60,292 nucleotides of DNA. Source: a virus. Its lineage: Duplodnaviria; Caudoviricetes. The position numbers and the translations under genes are program-made. The notes below the pieces were generated by a model. That model made no database searches and had not been told where the DNA came from. It saw only the letters and a list, made by a program, of their open reading frames with translations. The stretch is taken from positions 1-60,292 of the IMG/VR virus record IMGVR_UViG_3300010158_000004. One strand, written 5' to 3'. Below are positions 29,684 through 36,415 of this stretch, piece by piece (position 1 is the stretch's first letter; each line of letters starts with the position of its first letter).

Positions 29684-30034
29684 TTATTTGGTTTTGCCGC
29701 CGCGCTTCATACCGGTAGTGCTACCGGCCATCTTTGGCATCATGCCACGGGTTTTACCGCGCTCAGCCAAACCATCGCGGCTAGGAGCCGCAGTTTTAAC
29801 TTTACCCATCTTTTCGGTGGTCATGCCCTTCTTTTCAGAGGTACCTGTTTTACCGATAGTACTTCCACCGCTTGCCATTTTTTTCATATCGCCACCTTTA
29901 GAGAATTTACGGCCTTTGTCTGCCGCGTTAAAGTCTTTGCCCACGGACTGTGGGACTCCTGCTTTCTTAGCAAACGATGGCGAATGTGCTATCGCAGCCA
30001 TGAAATCGTGTTGTTTTTTACTGGTTGAAGGCAT
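29684..30034 (-). CDS. Small basic protein (MPSTSKKQH.FMAA.AH.P.FAKK)
   Basis: FSKGG, MASGG, MKRGG and DGLAERGKTRG motifs. Confidence 0.65.
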   Translation of the reverse strand: MPSTSKKQHDFMAAIAHSPSFAKKAGVPQSVGKDFNAADKGRKFSKGGDMKKMASGGSTIGKTGTSEKKGMTTEKMGKVKTAAPSRDGLAERGKTRGMMPKMAGSTTGMKRGGKTK

Positions 30035-30215
30035 TATCTTCCCCAAACAATATCTTTTGCACCGTCTGTGTTTCGTAAATACGGATACACATCCAGATGA
30101 TACCAAGAATGCTGCTAACAAAAGCAACAACAGGTGTTAACCAACCCATAATTCCAGTGAAGGTTAGGGATATTACCGCACCATCGGCAATTGCTTTTGC
30201 TTCGTGTCCGTTCAT
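30018..30215 (-). CDS. Small membrane protein (holin-like, 2 TM)
   Basis: 65 aa with two hydrophobic stretches, W..IRIYET. Confidence 0.5.
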   Translation of the reverse strand: MNGHEAKAIADGAVISLTFTGIMGWLTPVVAFVSSILGIIWMCIRIYETQTVQKILFGEDNAFNQ

Positions 30216-30216
30216 A

Positions 30217-30462
30217 TTAACACTTCCAAGCTCTTAGGGCTTTGTTAATCCGGCTGTTTGGGTCTTTCGCCGTTTTTTCTGAAGTCAACTTCTTCTTGGC
30301 CCCACCCATTCTCGCGCAAAAGGAGTCGCGCCTGCTTCCGCCTTCCGGCTGGGGAGGCTTCAAATTCATCCCTTGTTTTTTGGCTGACGCGCGCCCCTTG
30401 GCGTTCAAGCCACCCTTGGGGTTTTTGCCTTCTTTGCGAGTCCATGCTGGTGTATTAGCCAT
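30217..30462 (-). CDS. Conserved basic phage protein (DUF6321-like)
   Basis: W.RKEGKNP.GGLN.KGR...RR.SFCARM.G...DPNSRINKALR.W.C. Confidence 0.7.
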   Translation of the reverse strand: MANTPAWTRKEGKNPKGGLNAKGRASAKKQGMNLKPPQPEGGSRRDSFCARMGGAKKKLTSEKTAKDPNSRINKALRAWKC

Positions 30463-30742
30463 ATGTAATCGAAATTGCGCTGAGCGTGGTGCCTACAACA
30501 TAAATGCCGTTAGAGCACAAAATGCCTTCGCCGGGTAAAAGAATTTGGAATGGCTGTACTGCGGTAGCAAATTTAAACTGATACACAACTGTTCCGCTAG
30601 TATCCGTTCCATCATAAATGGTGAACGTTCCGCTGGTGCCATTGCCAAGAAACACAATTGACTTCAGGCGTGTTCTGCCCGTATAAAGCTGTGCGGGCAA
30701 TGTCCCGGCATAGGCTGACTTAACGTCATATTGCATCGTCAT
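30455..30742 (-). CDS. Small beta-rich head-associated protein
   Basis: R.RLK.I, PGEGILC.NGIYV; AGGAG RBS. Confidence 0.6.
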   Translation of the reverse strand: MTMQYDVKSAYAGTLPAQLYTGRTRLKSIVFLGNGTSGTFTIYDGTDTSGTVVYQFKFATAVQPFQILLPGEGILCSNGIYVVGTTLSAISITYG

Positions 30743-30788
30743 AATTGATCTCCTGTGAATTGGGGGCCGAAGCCCCCGTAGCAATCAA

Positions 30789-31493
30789 TTAATCGAAGTT
30801 ACCGTAGGGGTAAGTGGTCAACGTTCCAATGTTTCCATCGGGCTGTGTATAGCGAACGGTGAAATAGAACTTGCCGGTTGCCAACACACCGGTTGCCACG
30901 GTAAACGGAATCAAAACCGTAAACACAACCTGAGAGAAGAAGGTTGGCTGCGCACCAAGGTTTGGATTCTGAATATCAGAAGATGTGGACGTTTGAGCAA
31001 TAAACTGCGCATCGGTGAATGTTGACAATGCCTGACGGCCAACTGCAGAAATTGTTCCGGTGGCTGCGTAGGTGGACGTATTAAATGCATTACCAACCTT
31101 AACGGAAACGTTTCCGATTGTTCCTGCGGAAAGGGTTGGAACAACTCCGCAATCAATGAAGATGTCATTGATTTCGCAGCCTACTGGCAAATACATCACA
31201 ACACCACGATAGATTGTTCCGCTTGTGCCCGTAGGATCTGCGGTGGGGGTTGTGGTGGTTGGGCCGCTTGTGCTGTAAGAGCTAGAGGGCGTGTAAAGCT
31301 GGCCGGGTAAGTTGGGGATACCGTTGCCCCAAACAAACTGACCGGAGCCTCCGGAGTAATAAGCCGTGCCAGCAGTAGTGACGGTAAAGTCAATGTCTGC
31401 AGCCTGCACCAAGTCGACATAACCAACATTACGCAGGGGGCCAAAACGGTTATCGCCCGAAAGAATCGGGCCTTCAAAAGTAGAACGTGCCAT
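30789..31493 (-). CDS. Head decoration / head fibre protein
   Basis: MARSTFEGPI.SG N-terminus, LP.G..I.DI jelly-roll-like pattern; downstream of the capsid gene. Confidence 0.55.
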   Translation of the reverse strand: MARSTFEGPILSGDNRFGPLRNVGYVDLVQAADIDFTVTTAGTAYYSGGSGQFVWGNGIPNLPGQLYTPSSSYSTSGPTTTTPTADPTGTSGTIYRGVVMYLPVGCEINDIFIDCGVVPTLSAGTIGNVSVKVGNAFNTSTYAATGTISAVGRQALSTFTDAQFIAQTSTSSDIQNPNLGAQPTFFSQVVFTVLIPFTVATGVLATGKFYFTVRYTQPDGNIGTLTTYPYGNFD

Positions 31494-31499
31494 GACAAA

Positions 31500-31575
31500 A
31501 GTCCTTATGCAAAAGAACCCTTACCAATCGTTGCATCGTCTGCTGGGGCAGTGGCGGTAAGGGCAATCACCCAGA
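31500..31575 (-). ncRNA. Pseudoknotted 5' leader RNA (Polynucleobacter-1-motif-like candidate)
   Basis: Interleaved pairings CTGGG/CCCAG and CCCTTACC/GGTAAGGG, plus ATGCAA/TTGCAT next to the RBS; family match from memory only. Confidence 0.45.
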
Positions 31576-31582
31576 TGTGTGC

Positions 31583-31611
31583 AATATACACCCATTTACA
31601 CGCTCAGTCAA
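31583..31611 (-). promoter_or_regulatory. Sigma70 promoter
   Basis: TTGACT-N17-TATATT on the minus strand, upstream of the leader and gene 31493. Confidence 0.7.
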
Positions 31612-31620
31612 CAAATAAGT

Positions 31621-31878
31621 AGTTAGTGGCTCACATAAAGCAGTGTTTATGAAACTACCCCTTGGAGAGCAGAGCTTACCGGCGCTAACCCGATATACCA
31701 CCAACACGGCTGGAGACTGTGCGTGGTAACGGGCTTATCGTTCCTGCCCACGCCTACCTTGTTTGCCGAGATCAATCCCCATGCGTGTTAGTAGTTGGTG
31801 GCTCACATAAAGCAGTGTGTTCTTTAACAACTTCACGAATGCCCTGTACCGGCGCTAACCCGGTACACCACCAACTGT
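31621..31878 (-). ncRNA. Tandem cluster of three structured small RNAs (A-B-A arrangement)
   Basis: Two copies of GTTGGTGG-[hairpin, loop GTTAGCG]-variable-ACACTGCTTTATGTGAG-CCACYAAC flank an AACACGCATGGGGATTG...CAGTCTCCAGCCGTGTT stem; strand is inferred. Confidence 0.6.
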
Positions 31879-31895
31879 TCGTATTGTACAACAGA

Positions 31896-32480
31896 TCAAA
31901 CAAGTTTGTTTGACTTTGCCAAATTTTCTTCGCGGGTGATGACCCGCAGGTTCCACGGCACGTGTAAACCGCAAACGGCGTCAGAGCGCAGCGGGATAAT
32001 GTGATCTACCACGTACTGCTCCCCCGTTAACTTGGTTAACGTCATAGCTGTTTTGTACATCTCTCGAATTTGCGCTTTTTGCGTCTGCGTTAGCCAAGGA
32101 GGTGTGGCTTGGCGGTGTTTGCGGCGACGAGCTTTGGTGTCTGCTTTGACCCATAAAGGATTGCGTTCTTTCCATGCCTTTTGGTACTCTTGCTTCACAT
32201 GGGCAGGCCGCGTAGCGGCAGCTTGTATTACTTGCTCCTTATGTCGCAAATACCATTCATGTTTTTTATCTTGCACCGCTTCTGTTTGGTTGTACTGTTG
32301 AAAGTAGTCCGCACGTTTTGCGTTGTTTAATGCCCACTCCACTTTTAAGCACTCAACGCATGCTCCCTTTACTTTTCGGGGTGCAATATGGCCGTGTTTA
32401 CACGGCTCCCCTGTGAAGTAATGCGTTGCACCTATTGCTTTTGCTTCAGCCCGTGTTTTGGGTAGGGTAGTTGTATCCAT
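31896..32480 (-). CDS. HNH endonuclease (free-standing, homing-like)
   Basis: YFTGEPCKHGH...CVEC N-terminus; VDHIIPL....VCGLHVPWNL.VI...EN..K.N. Confidence 0.9.
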   Translation of the reverse strand: MDTTTLPKTRAEAKAIGATHYFTGEPCKHGHIAPRKVKGACVECLKVEWALNNAKRADYFQQYNQTEAVQDKKHEWYLRHKEQVIQAAATRPAHVKQEYQKAWKERNPLWVKADTKARRRKHRQATPPWLTQTQKAQIREMYKTAMTLTKLTGEQYVVDHIIPLRSDAVCGLHVPWNLRVITREENLAKSNKLV

Positions 32481-32510
32481 ATGATCTCCTGAGACTTAGT
32501 TACAGGTAAT

Positions 32511-32519
32511 ATCATAGCA
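32511..32519 (-). promoter_or_regulatory. Extended -10 promoter for the HNH gene
   Basis: TGCTATGAT (TGn-TATGAT) just past the capsid terminator, upstream of AGGAG RBS. Confidence 0.45.
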
Positions 32520-32530
32520 TACAACAGGCA

Positions 32531-32554
32531 AAGAAAAAGGCCCCGAAGGGCCTT
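32531..32554 (-). terminator. Intrinsic terminator after the major capsid gene
   Basis: AAGGCCC-TTCG-GGGCCTT followed by a T-run on the minus strand. Confidence 0.85.
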
Positions 32555-32578
32555 AAAAGTAGGGGTAAACCCTTGCTT

Positions 32579-33481
32579 TTAGTACGAACCGTACACGCCC
32601 AGTGGATCGCTGTAGCCGAAGCTATAACGTTCACGAGACTTGTAACGCACGTTTCCGGTGTCGAAGTCTCCATCCATCGAGTTCTGCAGAGCCACACGCT
32701 CAAAGTGCTTCAAACCATTTGGAACGTCAGTGGTCAAGAACCATGCGTTGGTAGCGGTCAAGAAGTGATTGACGGTGTAGCCTTCAGGGATAGAACCGTT
32801 GTTCTTGATGGCGTTGATATCGTTATTGTTGGTGCCGACACGGAGTTCAGTTTCCAGCAAACGGGTAGCAACGAACATCAAAGCAGGCGGAACCACCAGC
32901 TTACGGGGTTTAGCAGCGATCAACAGACCACGCTCGTCAGTCCAAGCAGCGATTGCAATAACGGCGGCTTCCAAGGAAGTCTCGTTCAAATCTGCTGGGG
33001 TAACGGGAGTGTTGCCGTTGGTGCCACCGTTAACCAAGGGGTGAGCCGAGTTAAACAAAGACACGCCATCACCACCGGTGATTGCTGCGTTGAAACCGTT
33101 GTTCAGAACGGAAGCAGCTTTTACTTGCTTAGTGTAAGCCATAGCACGAGCCAGACCTTTGGTGTAGCGAGCAGACAGGCTGTCGTACAGGTTATCTTCA
33201 ATCGCCTCTTCGGTGATGGAGAAACCCAAAGCAATGGTTTCGTGGTTGTAGCGAGCAGTCCAAGCTTCTTGCGCGTTGTCATACTGGATCGCGGAACCCT
33301 CGTTCTTCGTGGGAGCAGCGGAGAAGCCGGAGAGTTTGGTCTCCTCTTCAAAGCTACGCTCAGAAGTTTCGGTTTCGTAGATCTCTTTATGCTCTTCGCC
33401 GTAGCGGGCATATTCCAGACCGAACAAAGCATTCAGACCGGGGAGCAACTCTTTAAGTAGTTGTGCACGTGAAATAGCCAT
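32579..33481 (-). CDS. Major capsid protein (HK97 fold)
   Basis: 300 aa, MAISRAQLLKELLPGLNALFG; K.EG.AI.YD; DFDTGNVRYK.RERYSFG..DP; strong codon bias; followed by terminator. Confidence 0.9.
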   Translation of the reverse strand: MAISRAQLLKELLPGLNALFGLEYARYGEEHKEIYETETSERSFEEETKLSGFSAAPTKNEGSAIQYDNAQEAWTARYNHETIALGFSITEEAIEDNLYDSLSARYTKGLARAMAYTKQVKAASVLNNGFNAAITGGDGVSLFNSAHPLVNGGTNGNTPVTPADLNETSLEAAVIAIAAWTDERGLLIAAKPRKLVVPPALMFVATRLLETELRVGTNNNDINAIKNNGSIPEGYTVNHFLTATNAWFLTTDVPNGLKHFERVALQNSMDGDFDTGNVRYKSRERYSFGYSDPLGVYGSY

Positions 33482-33494
33482 TTTATGTTACTCC

Positions 33495-34388
33495 TTAAAC
33501 AGCGACTGGGTAGTAGTAACCATGAGTGCCTTGGTTAAACTTAACCAAAACTTCAGGGTACATAGTGAACACGATGGTCGAACCGCTAGGAATAGCAGTT
33601 ACGGAACCGGGCACAGCAATAGCTGCATTGATCGTGATGGAGGTAGTACCAGCGGTCAGACCGGCGGTAACAAACGAACCAGTTTCAATCAATTGACCAT
33701 TGGGGGCCAAGTAACCAACGTCAGCGCCATACAAGATAGCGCTTGGCAAACCAGAGCCCGTCAGGGTAATGGTGGTGGAGCTAGAAGATCCGGTAGCAGA
33801 CACAGCATAAGCGGTATCAGTTTGAACACCAACAACGCGCAGAGGGGTCTGAGCGGTAGTACCCAAAGTAGATGCCAAAGCTGCCAAGTACGAGTTACCA
33901 GTGTTGGCGTTGCCAGCAACAGCAGAACCCGTACCAGCTTGCCACAAACGGCTCAACTGAATGTTTTGACCAACCAAAGGCAAAGCAGCAGAACCCAGAG
34001 CCGTACCGGACTGGATCATTGCCATTTTGAACACTTGATCAGGATCATCCGCAACAATAGCTACGGCATCACCAGCCAAAGTCGAAGCGGGCCAGTATTG
34101 GCTGAACGTCTTTTGCTTGGTAACGGGGTTGGTGAAAGAGCAACCCAAGAAAACACCAACAATCGAATCGGTTGGAGCGGTGCTACCGGGGGTAGCTTCG
34201 CCGTTATCCGAGGTGATTGTGGATTGAACCACAAAACCGCGAACCAACTTAACGATGTCGCCATAGTAAATGTTACTTGCGTAACCATATTGAATAGCAA
34301 CGCTGCGGGTAGAACCTGCAAACAGTTGCCCGCCGATCAAATTGACCGGCTTTAGGCCGTAGGGGGCCGAGACCGTAGGATATGCCAT
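33495..34388 (-). CDS. Capsid auxiliary/cement protein
   Basis: PYGLKPV, IYYGDIV, GVFLGCSFT, V.DDP..VF; directly upstream of the capsid gene. Confidence 0.65.
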   Translation of the reverse strand: MAYPTVSAPYGLKPVNLIGGQLFAGSTRSVAIQYGYASNIYYGDIVKLVRGFVVQSTITSDNGEATPGSTAPTDSIVGVFLGCSFTNPVTKQKTFSQYWPASTLAGDAVAIVADDPDQVFKMAMIQSGTALGSAALPLVGQNIQLSRLWQAGTGSAVAGNANTGNSYLAALASTLGTTAQTPLRVVGVQTDTAYAVSATGSSSSTTITLTGSGLPSAILYGADVGYLAPNGQLIETGSFVTAGLTAGTTSITINAAIAVPGSVTAIPSGSTIVFTMYPEVLVKFNQGTHGYYYPVAV

Positions 34389-34404
34389 AAAAAACTCCTA
34401 AGTA

Positions 34405-34854
34405 TTAAGAACCGGAACCAAAACTCACGCCTTTAGAAGATGTAGATTGACGTTCTGCAAACTTCTTCATACGTGGGTCGCTGTCCCTCATAAAGTTATT
34501 GTCCACTGATTCCATCTGGGCTTGGTTTTGGCTGGCGTAATAACGATCCATTGCTTCGACACGTTCTGTGGGCATAGCGCAAAGCATAAGTCCACCGATC
34601 TCCACATTACCGTTAGTAGCTCCATCCAACATCAATTCCGGATAATCAACTGCCTTTACTGGCTCCCAGCCATCGCGGCGCTTACGCGACACGTTTGTTG
34701 GATCTCCAACCGAGAGGATATGCGTGGCAACCCAACGGTGTGAGAGACCCGGACGGGGATTCGGATCGGGTAGGGTGCTAGAGGGTTTGTACTCATAGCG
34801 CATTTCTTTATCGCGTGACTCAAGTTCACGAGGGGTGCGGGTATCTGCTTTCAT
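34405..34854 (-). CDS. Conserved head-module protein
   Basis: LP.P...G..HRWV, R.GWEPV, IGGLMLC.MP. Confidence 0.65.
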   Translation of the reverse strand: MKADTRTPRELESRDKEMRYEYKPSSTLPDPNPRPGLSHRWVATHILSVGDPTNVSRKRRDGWEPVKAVDYPELMLDGATNGNVEIGGLMLCAMPTERVEAMDRYYASQNQAQMESVDNNFMRDSDPRMKKFAERQSTSSKGVSFGSGS

Positions 34855-34855
34855 A

Positions 34856-35782
34856 TTAATTCTCCAATTTCAAAACTTGTTCAGCGTACTGTTGATTCGT
34901 GAGTCCAAACTTCCGTGCAAGCGCTACTTGCGTCTGCGTCAGAGTCATAACCTTCTTCCCAGTAGACCGTGCGGCGGGAGCCACAACACTTACAGTTCTT
35001 TTTGGAGAACTTTCTGCGGCAGATTGCCGATTTGCATCACCGAATAACTCGGGGAAAGCAGACTTAACGCGAGCGTCAATGCGCTCGAAGTACTCAGGGT
35101 GATCAGAACTGATACCTTGAGCCACTAGTTTTTGATGCAACCCTAGTGCGTAGTTGGAGTATTCTTCAAATCCCGGCGCACCAAACCACTGGTTTTTTGC
35201 TTGCCAGCGCAAGGTAGCCTCATCAGGCTGGTTAGTTTGCGGAACCTGTTGCGTTTGTACCACATTATTTTCAATCGGTAAAGTGGCCGGTCGAAAATTA
35301 TTTGCAGCAGCCAATCGCATTTTGGCGTCGGTAAGGGCTTCCTGAGCGGCAAGCATCTTTTCTGCGTCAAAGGCTTCTTGAGCGGCCCGGAATTTCTGGC
35401 GGGCCATTTCAATTTCTTGCTCTGCAGCGGACTTAATGGTGTCTCCATATTGCTTGGAGCCCTCATTAACATACTGCTTGAGTTGTTTGTTTTCGTTCAA
35501 AAGCTGTTGCGCCAAGCGCTCCAACTCTTGTTTTTCACGCAACGTAGCTTCTTTTACGCGGCGCTCATCATGGCGAGCATGTGTTAAATCCTTGATGCGT
35601 TTTTTAACGCTTTCGGAGTATGAGTTAATCTCATCATCCGTAGGATCTGCCACCTCTTTATCAAGGGGCTTACGGCCACGGTCTTGAATTGGGGTGTCAT
35701 CTATGACGTTAATCTCAATGCCATCATCTGCTGGCGCTTTGATTTCTGCGTCGATTTCATCGGGGAATTTAAACTCTTCCAT
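34856..35782 (-). CDS. Capsid scaffolding protein
   Basis: Acidic N-terminus, long coiled coil, W..KN.WF, C-terminal LT..QVALA.K.G....YA. Confidence 0.7.
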   Translation of the reverse strand: MEEFKFPDEIDAEIKAPADDGIEINVIDDTPIQDRGRKPLDKEVADPTDDEINSYSESVKKRIKDLTHARHDERRVKEATLREKQELERLAQQLLNENKQLKQYVNEGSKQYGDTIKSAAEQEIEMARQKFRAAQEAFDAEKMLAAQEALTDAKMRLAAANNFRPATLPIENNVVQTQQVPQTNQPDEATLRWQAKNQWFGAPGFEEYSNYALGLHQKLVAQGISSDHPEYFERIDARVKSAFPELFGDANRQSAAESSPKRTVSVVAPAARSTGKKVMTLTQTQVALARKFGLTNQQYAEQVLKLEN

Positions 35783-35793
35783 GCTTACTCCAT

Positions 35794-36228
35794 TTAAGCG
35801 CGGCTGATGCCACGGGGATCGTCCACCACACCTTCGACTTGATCGTCGTTAATGAAGCGGAACTCTTTGCCGTAAATTTTGAAACGTGTACCGGCATAAG
35901 CCCGCACAATTACAAAATCTCCGGGTTTGCTCCAAGCTCCGCTTGGGAACTTGGTTGTATCTTTATACGCATCGGGGCCAACCTTCATAACAAACAACAC
36001 GGTTGTTGAATGCTCTTCCTTACGAGCCCACTCGGATGGTTTAACCAAATCGAGTTCCGTGCCATCAATCTTGTCAGAAACATCTGGAACCATGCAAAGC
36101 AATTTAAACCCAGTGGGTTCTGGCAGCATGGTGCCTTTTTCTTCTGGTGTATCAACCTCCTCCGGAGCGGATTTGGGTTGAATTTGCGGTGGCAAAATCA
36201 TGCCGGGTGGCAAAATAATATCAGTCAT
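35794..36228 (-). CDS. GroES-like co-chaperonin
   Basis: P.PTG.KLL, V.KVGPDAY, GDFV....YAGTR.KI.G.E.R.INDD.V. Confidence 0.85.
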   Translation of the reverse strand: MTDIILPPGMILPPQIQPKSAPEEVDTPEEKGTMLPEPTGFKLLCMVPDVSDKIDGTELDLVKPSEWARKEEHSTTVLFVMKVGPDAYKDTTKFPSGAWSKPGDFVIVRAYAGTRFKIYGKEFRFINDDQVEGVVDDPRGISRA

Positions 36229-36415
36229 CGGATTCCTCTATCTGTTTAGCAAGGTCAAGTAAGTAACCCTCTGCGATGGCTAGACCCTGAATCACCCCGC
36301 AAAGTTTTTGATATTGGTCGAATGTTCCGCATTGCCCAGTGGCAACATCATCTGCGTAATTATTCATGTCATCCCGTATTTTCTTGCGCAGTACGGCTGC
36401 GAATTGATCAATCAT
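36221..36415 (-). CDS. Small portal-proximal protein
   Basis: F.QY..LCG.I.GL motif; lies between portal and GroES. Confidence 0.65.
   Translation of the reverse strand: MIDQFAAVLRKKIRDDMNNYADDVATGQCGTFDQYQKLCGVIQGLAIAEGYLLDLAKQIEESDD

Noticed and set aside
31621-31878. CRISPR mini-array or twister-sister ribozyme
   Set aside because: Only two units with split repeats and no cas operon; I could not build the ribozyme core pairings. Kept as an sRNA cluster instead
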